From an uncultured delta proteobacterium (GTDB lineage Bacteria > Myxococcota_A > Polyangia > Fen-1088): DNA of 64,000 nt. The notes under the pieces were generated by a model, which worked only from the letters and a program-made list of their open reading frames with translations, did no database searches and was not told the origin of the DNA. A program made the position numbers and the translations under genes. Positions 19,916 to 29,527 of the stretch are shown here, piece after piece. The stretch spans positions 192,001 through 256,000 of the forward strand of contig CAVTRY010000023.1 in assembly GCA_963737265.1 (NCBI GenBank), in the 5' to 3' direction. Positions within the stretch are counted from its first letter, which is position 1, and every line of letters starts with the position of its first letter.

Positions 19916-21322
19916 CTGATCCCTAACCGAGGGTAGTTTTCCGCAGATCCCTCCTGATCCCCTAACCGAGGGTAGTTTTCCTTTCCAGATCCCCAACCGC
20001 GCAGATCGCTAACCGCCGCGCAGATCCCTAACCGAGGGTCGAGATCCTAACCGCAGGGTCGAGATCCTAACCGCGCCGAGATCCTAACCGAGGGTAGTTT
20101 TCTCCCCTTCCCTGATCCTAACCGAGGGTAGTTTTCCGCAGATCCCTAACGGTTCCGCAGCTCCCTAACCGCAAACCGAGGGTAGATCCCTAACCGCAGA
20201 TCCCTCCGCCTGATCCCTAACCGAGGGTAGTTTTCCGCAGATCCCTAACGGTTCCGCAGCTCCCTACAGATCCCTAACCGAGGGTAGTTTTCACCGAGGG
20301 TAGTTTTCGTCAGATCCCTAACCGCGCAGATCCCAGATCCCTAACCGTCAGATCCCTAACCGAGGGTAGTTTTCACCGAGGGTAGTTTTCGTCAGATCCC
20401 TAACCGCGCAGATCCCCAACCGAGGGCAGTTTCGCGTAACCGCGCAGATCCCTAACCGAGGGTAGTTTCGCGTCGTCGTCAGATCCTACCGTGATCCCTA
20501 ACCGAGGGTAGTTTTCCTTTCCAGATCCCCAACCGCGCAGATCGCTAACCGCCGCGCAGATCCCTAACCGCCTGATCCCTAACCGAGGGTAGTTTTCCGC
20601 AGATCCCTAACGGTTCCGCAGCTCCCTAACCGCAAACCGAGGGTAGATCCCTAACCCAGATCCCTCTCAGATCCCTAACCGAGGGTAGTTTTCACCGAGG
20701 GTAGTTTTCGTCAGATCCCTAACCGCGCAGATCCCTAACCGAGGGTAGTTTCGCGTCGTCGTCAGATCCTAACCGTCCCAGATCCCCAGATCCCCAGATC
20801 CCTAACCGAGGGTGGTTTCCAGATCCCCAACCGAGGGCAGTTTCGAGGACCCCGACGTCCGGAATCCGGACGTTTCTGCGGTTTCGAAGCACCTCATCGG
20901 TTCTCGCAAAGTACCCTCGGACCGGGTCCAGAAGTACCCTCGGACCGGGTCCAGGGGTCATCAAGCACCTCATCGGTTCTCGCAAAGTACCCTCGGACCG
21001 GGTCCACCAAAGTACCCTCGGACCGGGTCCAGGGTCCACGCGGACCGGGTCCACGGGACCGCCCCAGATCCCTAACCGAGGGTGGTTTCCAGAATCCTCA
21101 ACCGAGGGTAGTTTCGAGGACCCGACGTCCGGAATCCGGACGTTTCTGCGGTTCGAAGCACCTCATCGGTTCTCGCAAAGTACCCTCGGACCGGGTCCAG
21201 GGGTCATCAAGCACCTCATCGGTTCTCGCAAAGTACCCTCGGACCGGGTCCACCGGACCGGGTCCACCCACCGGGACCGGGTCCACCGGACCGGGTCCAC
21301 CGGGACCGGGTCCACCGGACCG
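19916..21322. repeat. Mosaic repeat region built from AGATCCCTAACCGAGGGTAGTTT and AAAGTACCCTCGGACCGGGTCCA fragments
   Basis: About 30 whole or partial copies of the first unit, many of the second, plus higher-order duplications; no ORF is called between ~20000 and 20719. Confidence 0.95.
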
Positions 21323-21485
21323 CCGCGCGAAGCCTACGAGACGATGCGTCTGCTCTCCACCCGGAGTGCGAAAGATTTGCCAAGATTCCCCGTAACCGCC
21401 CCTGAGCGAGCTGCGTATGCAGGGGGAATCGCGGAATCCATCCAAAGGCTGGATGGACCCCGCAACCAGGAAAGGAACGTGACCC

Positions 21486-22547
21486 ATGAGAACTCATACG
21501 TTTAGTCGCACGTTGCAGTCGTGTGTTGCTGCCGTTGGTCTGCTCGCCGTTACCTCCAGCAGTCAAGCATCGACAGAAGACGGTAGTCAGCTATGTACGC
21601 TCGGCTCCTCGGGTGTGGGGCAGCCGGGCACTGTGATTTGCAAGAATGTTATGACCGGCGCGACCATACAGTCTGTCCCGGTCGGCACCACCATCGCTGG
21701 CCCTGGGGGCATCGCTGGCAACCTGACCCGCCACGGAAAGAGCGCGCTGGTGACGAACCAGTCGCAGGGCGCGGTGCTTTTCGAGGTGGTCGGGGGACAG
21801 TTGAAGTCGCCCGTCCTGCTTCAGACTGGCGGAGAGGGCTCGCTTTCCGGTGCCCTGAGCGACCGCGGCGCCTACGCGTTGACCGGCACGCGCCTGCTCT
21901 TCTTCCCCAACGGGGAGATGGCGGCCACGAGCAGCCGGGCGCTGCTTATGGCGGACGGATCGGCGGCGCAGGTCACGCTTGCGGGCGACCACGCCTACGT
22001 TTCGGAAAAGAGCGGCTCTCTCGAAGCCTTTTCCCTTGGCCACGACGGCAATATCGTAGGCGGCGCCACGCCGGTTGCCGGAGTTCCCGCCGGCGTGATT
22101 GTGGGCATCACCGGGGTCAGTGATCTGGTCGTGTCGCCCATCGCCCACTTGGCCAGCAATGCCAACCAGTCGACCATTCCAGTCGTCAGCGGGCTCAGCG
22201 TCGGCCAGATCGTCCCGACCAAAGAGGTCGCGGCTTGCTGGGCGGCCAATGACGGCGACGAAGCGTGTGTCACGAATCCGGGCAGCATGACGGTTTCGTG
22301 CGGGCACCTTGGATCGTCCGCCTTCACCAGCTACACCAGCGCCGCGGCTAGCCTCAGCGGAGACACGGTCTTCGACATCGGCATGATGGACATGTCGGTC
22401 GGTATTCTGGGCATGAGCAGCGGAGCACCAGTGCTTCTTACCTTCAGGCGCATGAAACAAGGTGGGGACTTTCTGAGCCCGATCGGGGAATTCCCACTTG
22501 GCATGTCCACTGCCACAGGCGCGATGCTCCTGCCCGCGATTCAGTAA
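21486..22547 (+). CDS. Secreted hypothetical protein (beta-rich)
   Basis: AGGAAAGGA RBS, signal peptide, clean 353-aa ORF. Confidence 0.75.
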   Translation: MRTHTFSRTLQSCVAAVGLLAVTSSSQASTEDGSQLCTLGSSGVGQPGTVICKNVMTGATIQSVPVGTTIAGPGGIAGNLTRHGKSALVTNQSQGAVLFEVVGGQLKSPVLLQTGGEGSLSGALSDRGAYALTGTRLLFFPNGEMAATSSRALLMADGSAAQVTLAGDHAYVSEKSGSLEAFSLGHDGNIVGGATPVAGVPAGVIVGITGVSDLVVSPIAHLASNANQSTIPVVSGLSVGQIVPTKEVAACWAANDGDEACVTNPGSMTVSCGHLGSSAFTSYTSAAASLSGDTVFDIGMMDMSVGILGMSSGAPVLLTFRRMKQGGDFLSPIGEFPLGMSTATGAMLLPAIQ

Positions 22548-22626
22548 GGTCGGAGGCCCCAAGGAGCTGGCTGATCGACGGCCCAAGCGGTGGCCGGCTC
22601 CTGTGCCCGGGCTGGAGAGCACGCCT

Positions 22627-22880
22627 TCAGGTGGCGTGTCGAGCGACCAGACGCCGGCCAAGCGCGGTCAGCTCGGCCAAGTCGAATGGCTTGTCCAGCA
22701 AGGCCACAGCGCCCGCTGGTGAAGGTCATGGCTGCCGAAAGCAGTGATGACGACAACCGGCGGCAGGAGCGGGCTTCGGCATAGATCCTCCAGCGCCAGA
22801 AGTCCGCTCCACCCAGGCATCCTGACGTCGGAGACCAACAAGTCGAATGGTTCGACGCCCGAGTTGTGCAGCATCGAGGT
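22627..22880 (-). pseudogene. Degraded response regulator receiver domain
   Basis: FDLLVSDVRMPGWSGL, VVVITAFG, then frameshifted LDKPFD. Confidence 0.7.
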
Positions 22881-23388
22881 GAATGCGCGGGCGGCTTCGT
22901 ATGGTTACTTCTGCGTTGGCGTGAACCTGCCTGTCCGGTGACATATTCGAACCCACCTTCCCGCGCATGGCTAACTATCCTCCACCCTTGATACTGGCAT
23001 CGGTGGTGCCAGACACGGAATTGGGCGACTATGAGCTGAGGCAAGCGGCATGCCACGGAAGTTCCTAATGACTCATGCGATGATTGCATCGCTCGCAACC
23101 GAGGCCATCCGCCACGTGTGGCAGGTTGTCACGCCAAGGGCTGTAGAATTACGCCTCAGCGTCGAGTTGCCCGCGTGTGAGTCGTAGCAAGATGTCACGC
23201 GAGGCAGATTGCCACGCCATCGGGTTGCCGGGCTGTTCGGTTCCGTGGCTGTCCACTCCCCGAAAAACCTTGGATTTCCGCCCAAGGAGGCCAGGAATTG
23301 CGGCACGACTGACGGCACGCGATTTGCTGAATGCTGTGCCGAGGAGAAACGAGAGACTGCGTGAACCGCCAAATCCAAGGAGAAGACC

Positions 23389-23694
23389 ATGACCCGTGTT
23401 CCTAATGCATTCCTTTCTCTGATCCTCAGCGCGGGGTTGCTCGTCAGCACCGGGTGCGAGGACGAGGCAAACAAGACCGCACTCAACACCTGCCGTACCA
23501 GTCTCGAAAGCCTCCAGAAGACCTCGACTGCACAGGTTGCAAACGTGAACGAATTGAAACAAGAACTGGCCCAGTCTCAGGCCAAGGTCGAGGAGCTGAC
23601 CAAAGAGGTTGACCAGCTCAAGAGTCCCAAGTCGGGCAAGGCAGAGGTTACCGCGGCCAAGCCCGCCGCTCCGGCGAAGAAGAAAAGGAAGTAA
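23389..23694 (+). CDS. Small coiled-coil lipoprotein
   Basis: AAGGAG RBS, lipobox STGC, heptad pattern. Confidence 0.75.
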   Translation: MTRVPNAFLSLILSAGLLVSTGCEDEANKTALNTCRTSLESLQKTSTAQVANVNELKQELAQSQAKVEELTKEVDQLKSPKSGKAEVTAAKPAAPAKKKRK

Positions 23695-23735
23695 AAGCTC
23701 GCGGCCCAACAACTTCACCTGAAAGGACTTTACGC

Positions 23736-24308
23736 ATGAGAAACCGGATTGCCGTCTTTATCATCCTTGCTTCAATCGGGCTCGCCTGCTCTCACCAGCA
23801 GCAGCAGAAGGCACCGACTGTCGCGCCACCGCAAGCGCCCGCCCCGAGGCGGACTGCCGAGAACACATCCCCGACTACCGAGCGCACTTGTTCGTCGGAC
23901 ATAGATTGTGGCGAACGGCAGCTTTGCATCCGTTTCAAATGCGTCGACATCACGCCCGGCCTCGCTGAGTGCAATACGGCGCGCATCCACTTTGATTTCA
24001 ACCAAGCTGACATCCACCCGGACGAAACAGCGAAACTTCAGCGTATGGGGCGTTGCTTGAAGGCCGATCATGCGCTTCACGTGACCATCGAAGGTAACGC
24101 CGACGAACGGGGAACCGAGGACTGGAACCTCGCGCTCGGCGACAAACGTGCCACGGCGGTCGAGAACTACCTGGAGCAACTGGGTGTTTCGAAGACTCAA
24201 CTCAAGACCGTTAGCTACGGAAAGGAGCGTCCCCTTTGTACCCAACACAACGAAGAGTGCTGGGCGAAGAATCGTCGGGCCGCTTTGAAGCCGAAGGAAG
24301 GGCGCTAG
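23736..24308 (+). CDS. Pal-like OmpA family lipoprotein
   Basis: Lipobox GLAC; IHFDFN, IEGNADERGT..WNLALG.KRA, VSYGKERP and NRRA motifs. Confidence 0.9.
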   Translation: MRNRIAVFIILASIGLACSHQQQQKAPTVAPPQAPAPRRTAENTSPTTERTCSSDIDCGERQLCIRFKCVDITPGLAECNTARIHFDFNQADIHPDETAKLQRMGRCLKADHALHVTIEGNADERGTEDWNLALGDKRATAVENYLEQLGVSKTQLKTVSYGKERPLCTQHNEECWAKNRRAALKPKEGR

Positions 24309-25060
24309 ACCTCGTCATTCAAAACCGCGTTCGCCCGCTTGGCCGTGGAAGTTTCCTCGGAGGTATTGCCGCGACGGTAGCCGTCCATCTTTGCCTTGCC
24401 GCGCTCGTCTTTTTCGCGCACGTCAAATCACCGCCACCCGTTGAGGTACCTCGTGATGTTTTGGTGACCAGGTTGGTTTCGCTCGGCAAACCACCCGACA
24501 AGCGCTGGCTCCCCCGCATCGTCCAGCCACAACCGAAAGCACCACCACGCCTGTTGAAGGTCACCGAAAATCCCAATGCGGCGCCAGCGCCCAAAGAGGC
24601 GCCGCGACCTGACGACGCCGAGCTGTCGAAGGAAGTGCAGCACGCTCTCAAGCGAGCTCAGCGTCTGGCGCAAGCCGAAGCTAGCCAGGAAGATCCCCTG
24701 GGAGCGCTGACCGGATCCACCCAAGGCACATCTACGCAAGGTGTGACCGGCGACGAATATGCGACGGCCATCTACACCGCAATCCGCAAGAATTGGAACA
24801 TCCCCACGGGCCTCATCACCGACACCGAGCTGGCTGGCCTCACCGCCGAGGTTCGGCTCTCGATTCTCGGCGACGGAACGCTGTCCCGCATCGAGATGCG
24901 GAAGCCCTCGGGCAACCAGTATTTCGACGACTCTTGCCTGCAGGCCGTAAAGACCACCCATCAAGTTCCGCCGCCACCGGCCAATCTGCGCGAGAGATTC
25001 GAGCGTGGCACACTGCTGGAATTTTCCGGCAAAGACATGGCCCACCAAGGAACAGCATGA
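24236..25060 (+). CDS. TolA/TonB C-terminal domain protein
   Basis: TM anchor with His (AVHL), Pro-rich linker, W.IP...SGNQYFD.SCLQAV. The true start is probably near 24310; no canonical start codon was found. Confidence 0.75.
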   Translation: MYPTQRRVLGEESSGRFEAEGRALDLVIQNRVRPLGRGSFLGGIAATVAVHLCLAALVFFAHVKSPPPVEVPRDVLVTRLVSLGKPPDKRWLPRIVQPQPKAPPRLLKVTENPNAAPAPKEAPRPDDAELSKEVQHALKRAQRLAQAEASQEDPLGALTGSTQGTSTQGVTGDEYATAIYTAIRKNWNIPTGLITDTELAGLTAEVRLSILGDGTLSRIEMRKPSGNQYFDDSCLQAVKTTHQVPPPPANLRERFERGTLLEFSGKDMAHQGTA

Positions 25061-25188
25061 GTGGATTGGGGGATTCCGCTTGACCAATCCCCAGCATTGA
25101 TAGTTCGGCGGCAAACCCGTCGCGAATCCCAGATCTATGAAGGCGGCGCACAAAACCCGTCGTGGGGCCCCATGCCCGCCGAATCGCC

Positions 25189-26571
25189 CTAACCGTTGGG
25201 CAATCGAATGATGAAGGTCGAGCCAGCACCGACTTGGCTGTGCACCTCGACCTGTCCTCCGTGAGCTTCCACGATAGCCTTGACGAGGCTGAGCCCAAGC
25301 CCAAGTCCACGTTCGCTCCGACTTTGATCTGACCGATAGAGACGCTGCCAAATGCGCGGCTGATCCTCGGCGGAGATACCCACGCCGGTATCCTTCACCA
25401 CAAGAGATGCCCAGGGCTCCGCGCGCGTCGTGGTGAGCTCGACCTGTCCGCCGTTGGGCGTGTACTTGATCGCGTTGTCGAGGAGGTTTGCCACTGCTTG
25501 TCGCAGACGAATGGCATCGGCCTTGACGTTCACGCCGGTGGCCAGGTGGGTAAGGATGCGAATGCCCCTCTCCTCCCCGACGTCCTGATAGACGTCGAGG
25601 ACATTCCTTGCCAGCTCGCTCAGATCGACGTTGCTCCGGTCGAGCTTCATCACGCCGTTCTCGGCTTCCGAAATGTCCATCAGGGTCTTCAACATCGCCA
25701 ACACGTGATCGGACTCTTCCAACGTGTCGGCCAAGGCATCGCGCACCCGCTGTGGATCCGCCACGTCACGAAGTGCCACTTCCGCGCCGGTGCGCAGGCG
25801 AGTCAGTGGGGTACGCAAATCGTGGGCGACATTATCGAGCGCTTCGCGCATGCCACGCACGAGCGCCTCATTGCGCGAAAGCACGCCGTTGAAAAGGTGG
25901 GAAAGCTCATCGAGCTCGTCGCCGGTGCCCCGTTCAACGACCCGCAAGGCGAGATCGCCGGAGTCAATCACCTTGCGTGCCGTGGTGGCAAGGCGCTGCA
26001 CCGGACGCAACGCCCGACGGGTGAGAAAGAAGCCTCCGACGAGCCCAAGCGCCACCGCTCCGATCCATACCGCGACCAATCCTGTCCGCAGGTGTCCGAC
26101 GACCTCCTGCGTCTGTTCGTCGCTGATCGCAACTTGGAGCCAGCGCCCCTCGGAAAGCGGCGCAGCCGTCAAGTTCCACAGCGAACCGCTATTCAGATCC
26201 CGCACTGAACGCACCGTCTGGGACGATGGGTGCGCCGCCATCGCGTCCGCGGCGAAGGACAGCCCGGGATTTGATCTCTCGAAGATCGTGATATCGGTGT
26301 GGTCGACCACGCGAACGTACACCAGCCGCTGCCCATACTCGGGCGACTCGGCCATCTTCCTAAGACCTTCGATGCCTTGTGCCTCGAATGCCTGCTTGTG
26401 CCGATTCAAGCTGCTGGCAAGAGTCTCGACGATCCGCTCCTGGATTGACGAGCGAATGCGAAATTCCGCGGCGGCAGCCAGAAGAATCGTACTTGCGAGA
26501 AAGACCAGGAAATACCAGCCCGTCAGCCGGAACCCCAACGAGCGCAGTCGGCTACTCCTTGCGGAGGACAT
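25189..26571 (-). CDS. HAMP-domain sensor histidine kinase (CusS/BaeS-like)
   Basis: Two TMs, HAMP domain, AHDLRTPL, NLLDNAIKY, DTGVG and GLGLGL motifs. Confidence 0.95.
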   Translation of the reverse strand: MSSARSSRLRSLGFRLTGWYFLVFLASTILLAAAAEFRIRSSIQERIVETLASSLNRHKQAFEAQGIEGLRKMAESPEYGQRLVYVRVVDHTDITIFERSNPGLSFAADAMAAHPSSQTVRSVRDLNSGSLWNLTAAPLSEGRWLQVAISDEQTQEVVGHLRTGLVAVWIGAVALGLVGGFFLTRRALRPVQRLATTARKVIDSGDLALRVVERGTGDELDELSHLFNGVLSRNEALVRGMREALDNVAHDLRTPLTRLRTGAEVALRDVADPQRVRDALADTLEESDHVLAMLKTLMDISEAENGVMKLDRSNVDLSELARNVLDVYQDVGEERGIRILTHLATGVNVKADAIRLRQAVANLLDNAIKYTPNGGQVELTTTRAEPWASLVVKDTGVGISAEDQPRIWQRLYRSDQSRSERGLGLGLSLVKAIVEAHGGQVEVHSQVGAGSTFIIRLPNG

Positions 26572-27229
26572 ACCCGACCCCGCGCAAGGTTTGGACGAGC
26601 TTCACTGGAAAGTCGCGATCGATCTTTCGGCGCAAGCGGCTGACCAGCACGTCGACCACGTTCGTCTGCGGATCGAAGGAATAGTTCCAGATGTGCTCGA
26701 GGATCATCGTCTTGGACAGCACACGTCCGACATTGCGTAGCAGGTAGACGAGGAGCGCGAACTCACGCGCTTGCAGCTCTATCGATTGTCCGCCGCGCGT
26801 GACCCGGCGTGATTCCAGGTCGAGCGTCAGATCTTCAAACGCAAGCACGCGCGCCGCCTCGCTTGCGCCGCTCGACCGTCGCACCAGCGCGTGCAAGCGG
26901 GCGAGCAGCTCGGCGAACGAGAAGGGCTTGGTCAAGTAGTCGTCGGCGCCGGCCGAAAGTCCCTTCACCCGGTCCTCCACATCGCTCTTCGCGCTGAGAA
27001 TGATGATGGGCACCTTGTGCCTGCGTTCGCGCAGCTCTCGAATCAGGCCAAGCCCGTCGCGACCAGGCAGCATAAGATCGACTATCGTCGCGTCGAAGCG
27101 ATCGTCCAGGGCAAACCCGAATCCCTCCTCGCCATTACGACTCCATTCGACGACATGCCCTTCCTGCCGCAAGCCTTGGACGACAAAATTGCCGATCTTT
27201 TCGTCGTCTTCGATGAGAAGGAATCGCAT
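26552..27229 (-). CDS. OmpR-family response regulator
   Basis: LIEDD, DLMLP, DDYLTKPF and TLRGVGY motifs. Confidence 0.95.
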   Translation of the reverse strand: MRFLLIEDDEKIGNFVVQGLRQEGHVVEWSRNGEEGFGFALDDRFDATIVDLMLPGRDGLGLIRELRERRHKVPIIILSAKSDVEDRVKGLSAGADDYLTKPFSFAELLARLHALVRRSSGASEAARVLAFEDLTLDLESRRVTRGGQSIELQAREFALLVYLLRNVGRVLSKTMILEHIWNYSFDPQTNVVDVLVSRLRRKIDRDFPVKLVQTLRGVGYVLRKE

Positions 27230-27259
27230 GGTGTGGACGGCACAACCGCCGTGTCCCGG

Positions 27260-27344
27260 TCAAGATCGCCGCGGAGTTACGAATTGCACCGCCGCGAATT
27301 GTACCCAAACCCCGCGTCCCTGGCCATCGCGCACGCGCGGGAAG
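27260..27344 (-). repeat. Degenerate copy of the last 85 bp of batE (28748-28832)
   Basis: Colinear similarity including CGTCCCTGGCCATCGCGCACGCGC and the stop codon; encodes RVRDGQGR..WVQ.AAVQ.V.PRRS*. Confidence 0.9.
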
Positions 27345-27474
27345 CATGCTCGCTGAAGCGGGTGCCAAATGGTCAGCGCACATGGACCATCCTTGCCATT
27401 GCGGTGCGGTTAGGCCAAGTTATGCGGCGCTCGTTGCCGCGTTCCGGCTGCGCGCCACCTTCATTCGACGGTCT

Positions 27475-28311
27475 ATGGAAGCGCTCGAATTCACCATCGC
27501 AGTCTTTGCAGGCTCGGTCACGGCCGGGCTGTTGGGCGCGCTCACCGGGCTCGGCGGCGGGGTGGTTCTCATCCCACTGCTCACGCTGCTGTTCAAGGTG
27601 GACATCCGCTACGCCATGGGGGCCTCCCTAGTCGCCGTGATTGCCACATCCTCCGGCTCTGCCGCGGCCTACATCAAGGAGGGGTTCTCGAACATCCGCA
27701 TCGGTATGTTCCTCGAGGTGGCCACCACGCTGGGTGCACTGGGTGGAGCGCTCTTGGCTACCCGTGTCCCGACCCAAGCCTTGGCCTCTATCCTGGGCGT
27801 AGTTCTGCTCGGTTCGGCCTACCTGTCGCGCAAGCCGCGCTCCCGCACGGAGCGCGAGGTGCCGCCCGATGCTCTCGCCACCCGTCTCGGCATGAACGGC
27901 ACCGTGCCCGAGCCGGAAGGGATGCGCGACTACAACGTCACCCACGTGCCCCTGGGATTCGCCCTCATGTTGGGAGCTGGCGCACTGTCGGGTTTACTCG
28001 GAATCGGCTCGGGAGCCATGAAGGTGCTGGCCATGGATCGCGCCATGAAGATCCCTTTCAAGGTATCGACCACCACCAGCAACTTCATGATCGGCGTCAC
28101 CGCCGCCTCCAGCGCTGGCGTCTTCCTTGAGCGAGGATACATCGAGCCTGGGTTGGCCATGCCCGTGGTGCTGGGCGTGCTAGCTGGCTCGGTCGTGGGC
28201 ACACGCATCCTCACCCGCGGTCAGACCAAGCGGCTGCGCCCGCTCTTTAGCGTAGTGATCGCCGCGCTCGGGGTCGAGATGATCCTCAAGGGCATGCACG
28301 GGACGCCATGA
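27475..28311 (+). CDS. Sulfite exporter TauE/SafE family
   Basis: GALTGLGGG, VIATSSG, GLLGIGSG and STTTSNFMIGVTA motifs. Confidence 0.9.
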   Translation: MEALEFTIAVFAGSVTAGLLGALTGLGGGVVLIPLLTLLFKVDIRYAMGASLVAVIATSSGSAAAYIKEGFSNIRIGMFLEVATTLGALGGALLATRVPTQALASILGVVLLGSAYLSRKPRSRTEREVPPDALATRLGMNGTVPEPEGMRDYNVTHVPLGFALMLGAGALSGLLGIGSGAMKVLAMDRAMKIPFKVSTTTSNFMIGVTAASSAGVFLERGYIEPGLAMPVVLGVLAGSVVGTRILTRGQTKRLRPLFSVVIAALGVEMILKGMHGTP

Positions 28312-28312
28312 G

Positions 28313-28708
28313 ATGAACCCCTCGCCGCCGTCGCTCGACAAACGCGTGGAGAGCAAGATCGCCAACCTGCTCCGGTTCGGCGTCCTGCTATCCGCCGGAT
28401 TGATTGTGGTCGGGGCGGCCCTCTATCTGCGGCGGCACGAACAATCGGCCGCCGCCTATCGTGTGTTCCGTGACGATCTCCCCGAGCTACGCACGGTGGG
28501 AGGCATCTTCCGTTCTGCCTGCGCGCTCCGTGGACGCGGGGTCATTCAACTTGGCATCTTGGCCTTAATCGCCACGCCGGTGGCACGCGTCGTGTTGTCG
28601 ATCTGGGGATTCGCGGTCATGCGAGACAGGACCTACGTAGTCATCGCCAGCTTGGTACTTGCCACTTTGTGCTACAGCCTCTTCGGGACCTCGGCCCGGC
28701 TGGGCTAG
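28313..28708 (+). CDS. DUF1634 membrane protein
   Basis: LLRFGVLLS and QLGILALIATPVARV motifs; usual TauE partner. Confidence 0.85.
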   Translation: MNPSPPSLDKRVESKIANLLRFGVLLSAGLIVVGAALYLRRHEQSAAAYRVFRDDLPELRTVGGIFRSACALRGRGVIQLGILALIATPVARVVLSIWGFAVMRDRTYVVIASLVLATLCYSLFGTSARLG

Positions 28709-28747
28709 CGCCACGACTGCAAATCACCTTCGCCAATCGCGCCGCGA

Positions 28748-29527
28748 TCACGATCGCCGGGGAACGACCAATTGCACTGCCGCCGATTGTACCCAACCCC
28801 GGCGTCCCTGGCCATCGCGCACGCGCAGGAAGTCTCCGTGGTGGCCGATGATGGAGATCTCCTCGCCCTCGCTGAGCACGGCTTCGCTGGCCGCCGAATC
28901 GAACGGAGAGACTCGGACGGGCGCGGTCTTTCTCTCGACGACCACCGCATGATCCAGATCTCGATCCAGAACCACAGCCGCAGCAAGTGTCGACACGCCA
29001 ACCAGGGCGGCGAAGACCCCGGCATGGACAAGGCGACGCATCCGCCACTTTCGTCCCGCTAGAAACGCCACACACGCCAGCCAGAAACCGGAGAGCGCAA
29101 GCAGGGTCCAGGTGGTCAGAGAAAAGGTCCGTGCCAATCGCTGATACCAAGGTTGCATAGGAGCCGGCAGACCGGCCTTCGCCCGAACATAGGCCAGGTT
29201 GGCTGCGATGTCAGGATCGCGCGGCGCAAGCACCTGCGCGCGCTCGTAGTTCAATACCGCAAGGCCCACATTGCCCTCCTGGGCATAAGCGTTGGCGAGA
29301 TCGTAGAGGAGCGGTGCCGACCACCCGTGCGATCGCGCGAGAGTGTCGAAATCCGCCACTGCATCGGCGTAGTGTCCCCCGGAATAGGCGCGGTTGGCCT
29401 CGTCGAAGCTCGGGCCACCCGACTCGGCGCGTGCGGGGCTGGCAACGCTCAGCACTACAGCAGCCGCTAGTAGGAAGCTGCCGGGGTTCAGCCAACGCGA
29501 CAAGGTCGACGATGTCCCACAGGTCAT
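28748..29527 (-). CDS. batE: BatE-like TPR + SH3 protein
   Basis: TPR (YDLANAY...AVLNYERA...P.D.DI..NL), two TMs, SH3-like GWV; operon position. Confidence 0.8.
   Translation of the reverse strand: MTCGTSSTLSRWLNPGSFLLAAAVVLSVASPARAESGGPSFDEANRAYSGGHYADAVADFDTLARSHGWSAPLLYDLANAYAQEGNVGLAVLNYERAQVLAPRDPDIAANLAYVRAKAGLPAPMQPWYQRLARTFSLTTWTLLALSGFWLACVAFLAGRKWRMRRLVHAGVFAALVGVSTLAAAVVLDRDLDHAVVVERKTAPVRVSPFDSAASEAVLSEGEEISIIGHHGDFLRVRDGQGRRGWVQSAAVQLVVPRRS

Noticed and set aside
19916-21322. CRISPR array or telomere-like (CCCTAA)n tract
   Set aside because: There are no unique constant-length spacers and no cas genes; CCCTAA occurs only within a longer 23-mer, never as a tandem hexamer.
25105-25185. 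c-di-GMP-I riboswitch-like GGCAAACCCGTCGCGA...GGCGG
   Set aside because: The P2 stem is interrupted, the GACGCAAAG consensus is not matched and no gene lies downstream on that strand; an Infernal search would be needed.
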